DNA of 60,000 nucleotides from Lytechinus pictus (GCF_037042905.1 NC_087263.1:13270001-13330000), one strand, 5' to 3'. Numbered from the stretch's first letter, positions 28,076-42,074 are shown. The notes: generated from the sequence alone by a model not told the origin. Made by a program: numbers and translations.

Positions 28076-28448
28076 TTATAGTCTGTACCATAATGTACAA
28101 ATGCTCCCATAATTTTTTTATTCAACCCAAAAGTTGGTTAACAAATGAACCTACCAACTGTGGGTTAAAAATATCCTAATTCATTTTAACCATCATTAGG
28201 TTTAGTAGGTTCATGATTGTGTGCCATATGTATCCTAATCATTATACTGAGAACTTACCCAAAATGAAAGATTTAGTGTCGGTGGCTATGAAATAATGAA
28301 TGCAGAAAATTATGATTTATTTGTTTATTTATTTTATATTCTATTTCTTCTTTTATTTCATATCTGGCAAGATGAACACAAATACAAAGGTAAATGAAAG
28401 ACCAATTAAGCAGAGGCCAGTGATAGCTAAAAGTACATTTTTTTTTTT

Positions 28449-28633
28449 GACTGGGCGTTGTGGCGAGCGCCTGTACTCCAAGCTGTGGGGAAGTTACAAA
28501 TTGATGCAGAGGTTCGAGGTTCGAGCCCTGGTCACGTCTTTCGGACGTTGACGTTAACGGTCGGTCCCAGACGTAAATAATCATATCTGATTGATACACG
28601 TCTGACAAAACTCAAATACACACACACATACAC
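28449..28633 (+). mobile_element. SINE-like element with 7SL (SRP Alu-domain)-like head, B box, Deu-like core and (CA)n tail
   Basis: CTGGGCGTTGTGGCGAGCGCCTGTACTCCAAGCT resembles the 7SL 5' end; GGTTCGAGCCC at 28518-28528; CGTCTTTCGGACGTTGACGTTAA core; ends in (CA)n. Confidence 0.65.
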
Positions 28634-30126
28634 TGGTTCCTACTGAAGGTAGTCCTATACTGTATTTATTTTCTCGGCCTGGACAGTCTTTTGAAATTTT
28701 ACAGGTATTTTGGTGATCGTGCTGGTCTGAACTTAGTCCCTTTTAATGTTTACACGTCTAGGTCCACTTCAAGTTTAGAACAACACATGACTCAGAAATG
28801 TGAACTCGCAATGTTTTTATTAATCCTACCCAATTTGGCTAATGGCCAATTTATTGATAATACCTGTATGATCACATTTTTAAGCCCGTCTAAAGCTTTG
28901 GAAAGAGGGTGAAATGTGAAATTATCAGACACTTTTAACAATCTAACAAAATGTGTAGTGGCCTTTTATATTTTGTAGATGGTTGGGTCCATTTTTTTTT
29001 TTTTTCATTATCAATGGGATTTAGAGGTATCCATTACTCTCTCTGTCTCAATTCATGTTTTTCTTTATTTTTATTATAACACTGCAGTCACTTACATCTA
29101 GCCTTGGCCTATCCTACAAATATATTTTTTTCAATTACCATAATAAAAAGGGAGAAAGAGAAAATATACATATATGCCTTCTTAACTATATGAAGAAAAA
29201 ATAGGGCCTAGGCCTAGAATTAAAAAAAACCCTGGTATTTTTTTAAATTCAACATATTGCCCTGTAGGGCCTACAATATATGCCTACATGCAGGCCTATG
29301 AAGAATGAACATCACCTGTAAGTAGGCCTATGCATAATTGCATATGGTGTGTGTTCCAAAAATGCTAGCTAAAGCTGTAAAACTACATCATTATGTACAG
29401 GTAGATCGGTGATTCAAAATTAACTGTTTATTTATAATAGTCTATGGAATATTGTTATCCAACTTTGCTTCCATATGTGGGAAATGAAAATACTGCAATT
29501 CCTATTGCACACAGAAAATACAAGAGTCAGAGGGCCTCGTCACAATATGAAAACATCCATTCGGGGTCTAGGGAGTAGACTAGCACTGAGTGCAAATGAG
29601 AGATGACCTACAAATTTCCCTTCAGCATGATGAGTCATCACTCAAATATGTATAGCACAGCTGTGGTGTGTGCTGGATGTGTATATTGTGTGTGTGGATG
29701 CTTTCAAGGGAACCTGTGTACAGCTAGTCTGCATTCACAAACCCTTTTACACACTCCAGCAATTTTTTTTAATATCATTTGAAAACCACGTTCATCAATT
29801 CAAGGTTAATAAAAATTACAACGGGCATGTATAAGACTGGTATGAAGAGTTATTTTCTAGCTTTAATTTTTAGAACTATTTGTAAAAAACAAAATGTTTC
29901 TTATATCCTGCCATAACTTGCCAAAATCAAATTAAGTTTGTGATTTTAGACTAATAAAAGGAAAATATACAGGCACCTCCAATACATGCACCTCTTGTTG
30001 TGAACATATGTTGTGAAAGAAAAACATTGGAATAGAAAAAAAATCAAAATATAGGATTAATTTGACGAGATGCATAAAATATTTACACGTGCATGTTTGC
30101 TCAACATGATACATGGTACATATATA

Positions 30127-30362
30127 CAGTGGTGCTCAAAAGTTAGTAAACCCACCGGAAGATGAACATAATTTAAAGAAGTGTTCAAGTTCTGCCATGT
30201 TTGAGATATTTTAATTGTGAAGTCAGGTGAAATAACATATTACATTCAATAAAGTTTGTTTCTCAGGGCTCACAGATCATTGCAGTGCTGTTGTCTACAT
30301 TAAACACTCAGCATGAAGGACTGCAATTTGTGGTAGGGTTCACAAACGTTTGATCACAACTG
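30127..30362. mobile_element. Tc1/mariner-type MITE
   Basis: TA|CAGTGGTGCTCAAAAGTTAGTAAACCC ... GGGTTCACAAACGTTTGATCACAACTG|TA. Confidence 0.8.
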
Positions 30363-31534
30363 TAAACATGTAGGCCTACAAAAATTGCTAGGCCTACTGG
30401 ACATGGCGATAGAGGCCTACATATTATTTTCGGCTATGTCAAAACTGTTCATACTAAAAAAATACCATATTAAGCAAAAATGTATTGGCTAACTTTTATT
30501 TTAAACACAAGCAAGAGCAAGGGCCCACAAAGTAGCCTGCGGCCTTTCTTTCTAGTGAGTCTTTCCATTTTCACAAAATATATATATTTTTTTTTAAACA
30601 CATTCCTTTCGTTATTGACAGTAGACTATTTATGGATTTCAAGTGTAATGATGGTATGATATTCTATTTCATGTTTATTGCATGTATGCCTACTTAATTC
30701 ATTTGACCAAATTGTATTTCCTGATAGGTAAAACGAAATAAACGGGGAAAAAATGAATTAAAACAGAACTACATGTATAATCCAACCGACATAGGGCTAT
30801 ATTTATACACAACTATTAATTTTCATAAGTGCAGAGACTATCATATCAAAGACCTCCCCCCCCCCCCCCCTCCCCACCACTTTCCTGGGGTTAAGGAACA
30901 TATGTGCAGTGTGAAAAGCATAATATTAAACAGAAATACGAAACACCAACATGAAATATTATAAGACAATTCATGCATGTACATGTAGGCCTATTGAAAT
31001 TATCAAATACCAGAGCATACAAGAATACTATAAACTACAAATACCTACTACAGGTCTACATCAGAGCTGCCAACCTGAACAAGCACATTTCAGTATTTTA
31101 AAAGCTGAAAATCAGTATTTTTGGTGAGGAAATCAGTATTTTCAAAGAAATGACACAGTAGGACAAAACATTAAAACTGTGAAACCATCAGTATTCTTCT
31201 CAATTTTTCTGTACTACATGTACATGTAAGTACTGAAAATCATTACTACTTGGTACACATAGGCTATATAATCCGTATTAAACCATGTCATTCAATGATA
31301 CATTTAAAAAAAAATCAACCTAACATGGGGGATAAGGCAATGCATTCTTGTATGATACAACGATAGACCATTTTCCTCTCTGCACCAGATAATTCTAGTT
31401 CCATGCAGTGTGATCGGCTTTGTAATTAAATCGCAGGCCCTCACACAGGTAGAAGGGACGAGTCGAGTAGAGAAAACACTCTATGTGAGGCTCAACCGGC
31501 CAAACCCCTTCCCCGTGCAACGCTGATGAATTAT

Positions 31535-32705
31535 AAGATACCTGAAAATATGGATTGTGGCATGCCTGGTTTCACAGCACTGATACATCATAGCAACAAT
31601 ATGCATTGCTTTTGCAATGTATACTTCTGGGATGATGGACATACATAAAAAGGGTTTGGTTCAAACATCTTTCGGTAGTACTAGAATAAAGGTTTCATAA
31701 ATATGCTTTTCAGCTTTAATTAGTTTTAATGGTACTTTTGCAAATAATGGTGCGTTTTGATAATGAATATCAAGAAGCCTATAAAACAGGCCTATACGAT
31801 ACCAGAAAATATGAATAAGATTGTGGCATGCATGGTTTCTCCGCAGTGATACATCATAGCAACAATATGCATCGCTTTTGCACTGTATAACTCTAGGATA
31901 ATGGTAGCATAAAAGGCTGATCGCACACGCAACTGCGAGGATGGACACATAAAAAAGGGTTTGGCTCGAACATCTTTTTGGTAGTAGAATAAGGTTTCAT
32001 AAATGCTTTTCAAGGAACTTTTTGCAAATGATGGTGTAGTTTGATAATGGGTATCAAGAAGCCAAACACAGGCCTATAAGCAGACCTGCCAACCTCTGGG
32101 AATGAAAAATTGTATTCTGTGATTAAAAAAATGTATTTTCCCCCAAAAAAGTGTATTTCATAATAAAATGCGTGGCGCACTCGCTCATCGCGGCGCTCAA
32201 GCTGCATGCAAGCTAAAATGCACACTGCTCTTGCAGATGAAAAAAAAAACATTGAAACATGTGTACATCTCACCCTGGTTTTAAAAAAATGATTGAAAAA
32301 AAAAAAAAGTTACCTGAAATTACATTGATCTAATAACCATATTTATGTAAGTTTTATGAACTAGAGACATATAGAGATGATTTTTCTCAATAAATTATGA
32401 TTTTGTTTTTAAAAAAAAAACGTACTAAATACGCCAAAAAAACGTACTGGTTGGCAGGTCTTTATAAGATACCGGAAAATATGAATAAGATTGTGGCATG
32501 CATGGTTTCTCTGCACTGATACATGTACATCATAGCAACAATATGCATCCCTTTTGCATCGTATACTGGGATAATGGACACATAAAAAGGGTTAATTAGG
32601 CAGGTTCATCTTTTCTGTAGTAAAGGTTTCATTAATGCTTTTCACGGTACTTTTTGCAAATGATGGTGTGTTTTGATTTCAAGAAGCCTAAAAACAGGCC
32701 TATAT
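31535..32705 (+). repeat. Tandem repeat, 3 units of ~260-280 bp, interrupted by a MITE
   Basis: GATACCNGAAAATATG...ATTGTGGCATGC...TACATCATAGCAACAATATGCAT...CAAGAAGCC...ACAGGCCTATA at ~31537, ~31798 and ~32468. Confidence 0.85.
32081..32461. mobile_element. hAT-like MITE
   Basis: CAGACCTGCCAACC / GGTTGGCAGGTCT; TATAAG duplicated on the flanks; related truncated copy (CAGAGCTGCCAACC) at ~31062. Confidence 0.75.
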
Positions 32706-35700
32706 GTGTGTAATCAGAAAAGTGATTGAGCCACAAGTGTATTGGCATATATATATATATATAAAGAGAAAGAGCAAATCATTTTGAAATGTGTTTGCAC
32801 TTCAACCACCTCCACCTATTTTCAGTCTTTAGAGAAAAATACTGTAGGCCTATGAATGTGCAACACCAATCTACAGCCACATAATACATGACTCCTCCTG
32901 CTTGGGTCAACCTCCCCACTCTATTAATAGTTTGGCCTGAAAAAGCCTTAACATTGTCTCATGATCCCAAGCAAAAAAGAAAAAAAAACATAATCCACCC
33001 TATGGGTTAAAAGCCTGACAGACAACCTACCCCCCCTCCCCCTCTCCATCTTAACTATATGATGTCATCCTCGATCCCTAATTAACTAAAGATCTTGGTG
33101 CACAATCAAATCAATCTCTAAATCCAAGACAATGATGCATAAATAATTTTTCTGTGAAATGAATGCAATAAATCTGAGAAATTTCACCTATTTCACCTAT
33201 TTCACCTCTGCACTCTTGATATCATTCACAAAACATAACTCCCATGCATCGCATGCCTTGGATCTGTCTTGCGGTCAGCAAATGATATTCCAATTTGCAA
33301 TGTGGCCATAGCTTACGTTGATATGATTCAATGCTATCATATTCCAACGATGATCTTACTGACTCAATCCAGATTTATGTAATGCAGGATTCCACATGTG
33401 GAATAGGTACTGTACTTGTTTGTACAGTATGTGGATGAGTTTATTTGCATATTGAATATTCATTGTTTGAATATTCATGAGTGAAATAAAAATTGGATTC
33501 AGGCCTGCAGGTGTATTTTGACTTTCAGGTTTGATGCTTTTCCGTCTAAACCTACCAATACTCAAATTGATGAGTGCAGAAGTCTGGAGATCTTGCCCAT
33601 CTGAAAACTCTTCCATGCTCACTTGCCTAACATAGCATCAAAGACCAAACAATAGTGCCTCCCTGATAAAATATTCATAGTATACAGGTGAAAATTAAAC
33701 TAAAGGATCGTAAATATCTTAAAAGTCAATTACAATGGATATGAAACCAAAAAAAATTACCAGAAAAAATATTAATCTTATTACCATCAAAATATGTCAT
33801 AAAATAAAATCCCCAAAAAAGTGTCATTTGTGCCTCCAAAGTAACGTGTAAAAAAATAGCTCTCATGAGCTGCAGGTTTCAACATTCATGAACTACAAGT
33901 ATGATTTAAAATTAGCTTGATCATCTCCCATATTCATGTTTTATGTCAATTGTCAAAAGTCAAAAACCTTAACTATGATCCATGGTTTTGAAGAAAGGCC
34001 TCTACAGATTGACTGGCTTTAATTCCCCCTCCTACTAAACCATAGATATTTTCGGTGCCCATTTTATTATATTCTTCAATTTATGCTCCTTTTGAAACAT
34101 GGCCTTGCCCAAAATGTAAAGAACATCCAAATTATGCAAACCGACAATGTAAATTCATTAGCATGTATCTCATGAATATTCATAAAGCAAAGGTCACTGG
34201 ATCTGTAGGAGATGTTTGTATGCATGATTCACTGCGGCACCCTACTACTTGCCGCAAATGGTAGCAATGCAGAAAGCTTCTGAGTGCATGTACTTGACCA
34301 ACAACGGAATGACCACCATCCAAATAACATTCCAGTGAATCCAGATAGAGTACAGTTTAAAGGGAAACTAGCAAGGAAGAATTGCTGAGATGTGATGTAT
34401 GTTATATATCTACAGGGAAGATACACACAGGCAATAGATGGAAAAAGATCCACTTACAAGATAGAACAACACAGATTACTAAAGTTTGTATACAAACTTA
34501 AGTAAAAAAAAAAATCTAACAAACAAAAAATACAAAGTATAACAAACTATAGAGAGAAAAAAAGATTCAGGGGTCAGGTCAGGTAAGGCCACTGACCCGT
34601 TCAAGCAGACTCAAAACAAAAAGATGGACATTTAAAAAAAAAAAAAAATAGTCAAATGAGCCTACCTACATGTACCCCCCCCCCCCCCCCCCCCCGGGCA
34701 GTTTGGAACATCTGTTTGGATTTCTGTGTTCTACATTTTGTTAACATTTAAGAACAGTTCTTTAATAATGTTAAAGAGACCTGTCATTTGGTCTCTGGCA
34801 AATTTTCATAAAAACAAAAATGAGAACATGTTTTTTATCACTAATTCTGAGGGAAAAAAAGTGCATGTACATAATGTAGAATCACTCTAATTCTTTCACC
34901 CTGACATTATCTCACGTTTTAACTTAGAATAATTGTAGAAAAGGGACAAAACAGATTTCTCAGCTGACAATCCAGTCTCTGACATTTACCGATTCTGAGA
35001 AAATGAAAGCAAATTCCACCACCATGAGAATTTCTTTCACCCTGCAGATATCTTTCACTTCATCATTCATTTTGAATGCTCAACCTCAGTATGGTACATG
35101 TAGGTTCCACCCCATACCTGAAATATTACATGCATCAATCACTCAAACAGATCTCACAGGTAGGCATACTGTATCAGTATTATTTTGCAGATCTCTTCTT
35201 AAACATTCTGTTCCCACTTTTTCAATAAAATTTCCATCTTTCATGTACTGTATGTACATTGAAATTTATAGGTTATACACATAAAAAATATTAAAAAAAA
35301 AACACAATATTAAATTTTATAAAATGCTGCTTACTTATAAGTCGTTTAATTTGAACAGCCATGTTTAATTAATATAAAACAGAATATTAAAAAAATCAAC
35401 TTTGTTGTTTAACATATTTTAATATGTACTAAACATCTAGGTTCAAATTCTAAACAAATTTTTACTGTGTAGATTTCTTCTTGAACATGAAGTTCCAAAT
35501 TATCCAATAAGATTTCCACATTTCATGTCAGAGAGAAATTTGTAACTTTTAAGTAATATGATTTGACTGAAATAAGATTTAATTCTCCCCATAGCATGAA
35601 ACAAAATTTGATTCCTCCTTGGACATGTGGAATGGTTTATTTCAATTTCTTCCAATGCCAATTGCCAACTCGTCTACTATCATTTGGTCTACCATCACTT

Positions 35701-36997
35701 CGTCCAATATCCCCATGGTCAAATCGCCATTTCATCCAGTCACCATTTCTTTTTTATTAAAATCAACAACACTTTTCTGGGGTAGACTTCACCTCCAAGT
35801 CTAATGAACAGTCAAAGCTATACATGTAGTCAAGCCATCAACTTCCACAACATGATACACTTTTGTGGTAAAACGCTGTTGCCAATTAAATTACTCATAT
35901 TACACAGCCTTCTATGCTCAGCAATTACTGCCCATTTCTTTGCCACGCCATGCTACATTAACTCCCATCAGCGTTAAAGTTGAATTCATTGTTCGGTTAA
36001 TTGCACTCTCACTTTTGTTGTCTAGGCCTTCAGGAAATTGGTCCAATGGGGGGAACAATTACTCAGAATTTTTTTATTCTTCCATGTTAATGGTATTTCT
36101 CACACAGTGTCTTGAATTCTGGCATCATTGATGTATCCATCCATTTCTAGAAAGCATCTCATAAATATATATGGGTTGAATACAAAAAATATATACGTAG
36201 GCCCTACAGGATAAGGAATTACAGAAATAGACAACAATGTCTTCATGTACAGTGCTATAGACCCGATTTTCAAAGAAAATATGCATCCCACTGCTTAAAC
36301 AGCCAGGATGATAATAGGACTAATAAGACTTAGATGAGTAATCGACTGTAGATTTGAATATGCTACTGTATCTAACCGTGCTTTATCATACTGTTTATAA
36401 AAGTTTGTAAAACGGGGAAGGAGCTACATGTAGGAGGGGTGCAATGTTGCCCCCCTCAATGAAGACTCTGTTACCCATGACTCATGCTGATCTTTTCCAA
36501 TTAAGAGTTGTATTAGGAGTAATTAATTACTCATATAGGGCTGCTGATATTGACTGATGACTTGGGCAACACCCCCTATAACTTCATGGGTCAGGTGCGT
36601 GCGCCCTATAAATGAAGGCCATGTGTTCAGTATACACTCACTTTCTGGCCTCAGTAAAGGAATAGGCCCAACCATTGCAATCAACAATTTTGCTTTGAAA
36701 AAAAAAAAATCAAAAGAGGAGAGAAGGAAAAAGTTGGAAGAAAATGGAAGCAAGAAGATAAAAAAAGAGATCTTGGACTCTATGTCATGTTTCACTAGAG
36801 TAATATTTTGTTATCAAACAGAAATTATTACTTTATTGAGAAATAGATTATATCACATTTCAGAGACCCTGCAATGTTCCGCCTTGCCCCACTCTTCTCC
36901 ATATCAAGTACCCTGGTCACAAAATATTTTGTTATTAATTTGCCAGTCTTTTTAAACCTTTGATTAAGACCATAAAAGCTCAATTAACAACACTCAC

Positions 36998-37270
36998 CTT
37001 ATTAGTTTGAAGGCGTCTCTTGACCAACTTGGAGCCGCTGATATTGACCGCACACTGAATATGTTCCACGTTGTATTCCAAAAACGAACGGCTGTCCACC
37101 AACAACGGCTTCTCTTGGCCGTTGGGGGAGCTGCTCAACAACTTGGCGAGAATCTCGGGCTTCATGAGGCGCGTTCGTCGACACTCTGTGGGGACCTCTC
37201 TGGTCATCATGCGAATTATTGGTTGGGCCGCGTACCGATTAACAACGGGTAGTTCCAGCCTTAGCTGCAT
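36998..37270 (-). CDS. DUSP16: First coding exon (91 codons) of a dual-specificity MAP kinase phosphatase, DUSP8/DUSP16 (MKP-7)-like; N-terminal rhodanese/Cdc25-homology domain with kinase-interaction motif
   Basis: LLVDSRSFLEYNVEHIQCAVNISGSKLVKRRLQTNK closely matches the recalled vertebrate DUSP16/8 segment LLIDSRPFVEYNTSHILEAININCSKLMKRRLQQDK; ends at a phase-0 donor AAG|GTGAGT (36998/36997); in-frame TAG upstream of the ATG at 37286-37288. DUSP8 versus DUSP16 orthology cannot be resolved from this exon. Confidence 0.9.
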
Positions 37271-37898
37271 ATCCTTGCGAATTCTCTAGCCACAGAGACA
37301 GGCCGAAAAAGCACAGTGGTCCCTCTGTTGGCGTCGCCAAGGCAACGGCCCCAATCCAACAAGCACTTCTGTCGCTTTTATCAATATTCTGCATTAGGCA
37401 CACTGCCCCGCTCACTTTTTTACAAAATACAAAATCTAAACAAATTCTCTCTCTGCTCCAAGAAGTAGCATAAAACCATCTAAAATCGTAGTTCTACTTG
37501 TTCGTTCTGAGTACTGTAGACAGTAATTCTCCTCATAGACAAATTCCTATCACAGAGGAATGAAAATAGTCAATCAAGAATGAGAAATAACCAGTGTTCG
37601 CACAAAAATTCTAACAAAATCATGAAATTCCTCCTTCTTGATATTTGGCCCTGCAGAATCTCTGGCAGTGTTATACTGGTTCCAACAGGACCAGATTGTT
37701 AGAATTTATTGATGAGGTTTTTCTTGAGGTAAGTTGGTTGTGGTGTATCCATATATATATATAGATCTGAATAAATTCTCTCTTGTGAAAAAAATTAGAC
37801 TCTTCCTTAAAAATAGACTTCCATAAATCTTTTGTTTTTGGTAGAAGGTCCAGCGTTTAGCTCAACACAAGGCAAACTTCATGACTCCACTTTATTTC
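37271..37898 (-). other. Predicted 5'UTR part of the DUSP exon, bounded by a splice acceptor
   Basis: Minus-strand polypyrimidine tract and acceptor TATTTTTCTCTTTTATTTTCAG|G at 37899/37898. Confidence 0.55.
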
Positions 37899-39759
37899 CT
37901 GAAAATAAAAGAGAAAAATATGGTCAGAAATCGATCAGATTATAAAAATTTAGTAAATATTATAAAATTTAATAAAGCCTTGCTTCACTAAATTTTAACA
38001 ATTGACAAAAAAATAGAAAAGTAACCTATGGGTACATATATCTCCAAGTATTACAATTACAGATAATCCTTGAGTTTGTTTTTTATTTCATTATCATTAT
38101 TTTTCTCTGTTTTTTTTATTCAATTTTTCCATATTTCATTTTTTGTTGTAAATTAGCCTTGATCCTCTGTAGGCTGATAAGTTGCTATGTTGTGGAATCC
38201 TCTGGAAAGATATCAACTTGCCTGAATGCTTGAAAGGTATCAACTCTACTTTCATTTCAATATTAGGATCGTGATAATTTGGTTGAAGATTTATTCCCAA
38301 AATTGTAACATAAATGTAGGCCTATATATTAATTTTATTCATGGTTCCATCTATCTTGTGCTTTATATAAATCTTCAGGTCATTCACCTGAATCATTAAA
38401 AATCATTTCACACAACATAGTATGGCTCAATAAATAAGACCTACAGTACTGTTGTCAGGGTGGAGTCATTTGCAAAATAGGGTCTGATTGACTAAACTAG
38501 GTGTCTGGCGGGTTATGTGTTGTTCAGCCTCGCCAGGATGAGTCATCATCTCCGTGATCCAATAGACAACACACAGGAATAGTCTCTACGCAACAGACCT
38601 GTTCCATTGATTTTCTGAATTTTTCTCTTTTTCTCACACAAGTACCCTACATATAAGTTTGTTCATAAGGGGGATATTCTCTTAAGTGTGAGTACAGAGA
38701 TATGATGAGAAACTGCACATCTGGTTGCATACGTATGTAGGGATCGTGTTAACCATTCATCAACCATATTGAAAGATATTTTCATATGACAAGAATAGAA
38801 AACAAAGACATGTGTTGAAGCTACATGAAAAATGACACTACACACATGTGCACATGTGGGACTAGCAAAAGCAACATATGCAGACCTGAAGCCTTGAACA
38901 TATGTGACAAATTATAATTTCATGAATACACCCAGATACGTGTACACGTTCGCCAACCAACCCGTAAAAAAAAAACCCTCTCTCCTGAACAGCCATTTTT
39001 CCGCACAGTACATTATCATCGACATGATTGTATAGGCCTACATTGCATTGAAGTTTACTGACGCGCATGGTAAAGCCCTATCACTCATTCATATTTCTCC
39101 TCATAGAATGTTGCCACGGTAACAGTGGAATATGAATAGATGATGACTGACGGGTCTCTTACAAGTTCATCTCCACACCCAAGTTACCTGGAGAGCGTGG
39201 AATATTTCCACTGAGTCATCGTCAATAACTTGTTGTTCCTTGATTTCTCCTTTGTGTGTAGGCCTATAAAGCCTATACATAAAACTTCACCCAGAAACAA
39301 GTGTTGGTTGACTGGGGATGGGGGAGCAAGGAATAATTTTCTTTACTGCATTGCAATGTGTTACAATGCAAAATTTATAGCAAGTTTTTACATACATGTA
39401 CATGTAGGAATGTACAGAACTTTGTTCAAAGCTTTTCTCTTAATACAACCCAGGAATGCTAATCAAATTTGAGAAGCAAAATTATTCCCTGGAGATGGAG
39501 ACCAGGTCTTATCAACTATTGAATGACAAATTGCAAAAATAAACCATTTTATAGATCACAGACTGAAATATTTTCAAATTAAAAAAATATGTGATTGATT
39601 TCTAGAGCTGTATAATTGATTTTTATGTCCCCTTCAAATAATCAAGTCTTAAACTTCATTTTTATAATGTATGTCTTTCGAAACTGCTATGATCAAATCA
39701 TACTATATTTTTTTTCCTTTAATGTCTCTTTTCTTTAATTTTCTGTTCTTGGTATCACA

Positions 39760-40111
39760 CCTTTTCACCCTCATCCTCTCTACTTTCTTCTTATTCCTCT
39801 CCTTCTCCTCTTCTCTTTTTCTTATCCTCCATCTTCTTTTTCTCCATCTTATTCTTCTCTTCATTCCTCTTCAACCTTTCCTCTCCTCTCCTGTTTTTAT
39901 CCTTCACCTCCACTTCCGTTATTTGTCATCTCCTCCCTGTTCTCCTTCTCCTTCTCATTCCCTCCCTTTCTTCTTCACCATGATCATCATCACAATAATC
40001 AACATCATCATCATCATCACCACCACCATCATCATCATCATCATCATCATAATCAACATCACCATCATCATCATCACCACTATCATCACCATCATTACTA
40101 CTACCACCACT

Positions 40112-40142
<31 letters not shown>

Positions 40143-40143
40143 T
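39760..40143 (+). repeat. Pyrimidine-rich low-complexity tract followed by (CAT/CAC)n microsatellite
   Basis: Direct inspection. Confidence 0.9.
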
Positions 40144-41179
40144 TTTAGTTTCCATTTTTGAAACTTTCTGCGATAAATATACGCCTATAATTTAATAATT
40201 CACAGAATACACTGGGTGTCGATTTGTGTTGTGAATCTATTGTTCAAGGGGGGATGATCTATTGTTTCATCCCCCCCCCCCCCACTTGAATAAAATGACA
40301 TCACGGATCGACACCAGTGCAGAATACTTCACAATCATCATCCATTTCATTAATCTGTATTTTACATTTTAACACAATGTATCAATACTCTTCTGATGTT
40401 AAAAATATAATATTGTAACATACACCAATAAAGCCTTACATTACCTGGACCAATCTGCATTATCAAATTTTAGTACTTTATTTGTATACTTCATATTTTC
40501 AACTTGATGTACTATCAATATTCTCAATTTTTTCTTCAGGTTATCAATAACAGATACCATTCATCAAATAATCTGAAAAAGAACTGTACAATGCGAATGC
40601 CTCAACCAATATCAATGATCTACATGTATAGATCGTGGAGCTCTATTAATAGCTCCATGTATAGATAGTGTACCCTCTCTTATCTTCATCATTATTAAAT
40701 TTCTACCTCCATATATTTATGACTCACATAGTCCACCCATGCATAAGCCATATAGACACTGTAAAGCAGCACATGAGAATTGGAATGGTTCTTAATGGAG
40801 AGTCCTGGCAAAGTGACACCAGGTTCTATAATCATTATCATCCAGGGTAGCCGTAGCAACTACAAGATAGCATCAACAGAAGTTGTACCATAGATCATCA
40901 TAACGGTGAAATAAAACCCAAAAAATGAAAAGGCTCTGGAAATTATTTACGTAGGCCTGCCTGCATGTTAGTACAAAACATAATATAACTGATGAATCGT
41001 ATGAGAATACAAAAATTGGCAATTATTTGTGATATGTTTCTAATTCTTGATTGTGCAAGAATGCACCTTGGACAGGTTGGTTGGAACTTGGAATTGTGCA
41101 ATTTCCATTACTCATGGGATAACAATATGAATATCACTGAAAAGCTGTTATCTTCTGCTAGTTTCATATATGTACCACT

Positions 41180-41464
41180 GGTGATCATGGTGGTAGTGGT
41201 GGAAGTGGTGGTGATGTGATGACAATTGATGATTCGAGATAATGGCAATTGTGGTGTTTGTGGTGTACGTGATGGTGATCAGGTGAAGATAGCAATGATG
41301 ATGATGGTGGTGGTGAAGATAGTGATGGTGGTGGTGGTGATGATGATGTGATGATGATGAGGAGGAGGATCATCATCATGAGAGGTGGAGGTGGTGGTGG
41401 TGGTGATGATGATAATGATGATGATGATGATGATGATGATGACGATGGTGATGATGATGATGTC

Positions 41465-41536
<72 letters not shown>

Positions 41537-41814
41537 GTAATTATGACGGTGATGAGGATGTTGATGATGATGATGATGATGATAAAGATGATGATGATAA
41601 AGATGATGATGGTAATTTGGTAAATATGATAATGATGGTGAAGAAGAAGGAAATCATGATGATGGTGGTGATTATCCAGGGATCATCACAGTGATCACCA
41701 CAATAATGATGCTGACAATGATATGGGGAATTGGTGATGATAATAATAATGAAAGAGTAAATGGTGGTGCTAAGGCGGTGGTGATGATGATAAAGATGAT
41801 GATGATGATGATGA

Positions 41815-41856
<42 letters not shown>

Positions 41857-42040
41857 GATGGTGATGATGGTAAATATGATGATGATAATGATGGTGATGA
41901 CGAAGAAGGCAATCATGATGATGGTGATGATGATCATCCAGTGATCATCACAGTGATCATTACCATAATGATGCGGACAATGATATGGTGAATTAGTGAT
42001 AATAATTATGAAAGAGTAAATGGTGGTGCCAAGGCGGTGG

Positions 42041-42074
<34 letters not shown>

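Noticed and set aside
28449..28633. Bona fide SRP (7SL) RNA gene
   Set aside because: Similarity ends after about 50-75 nt, with no S domain; followed by a SINE-type core and (CA)n tail.
37007..37289. Plus-strand ORFs overlapping the DUSP exon
   Set aside because: Antisense shadows of a GC-rich coding exon.
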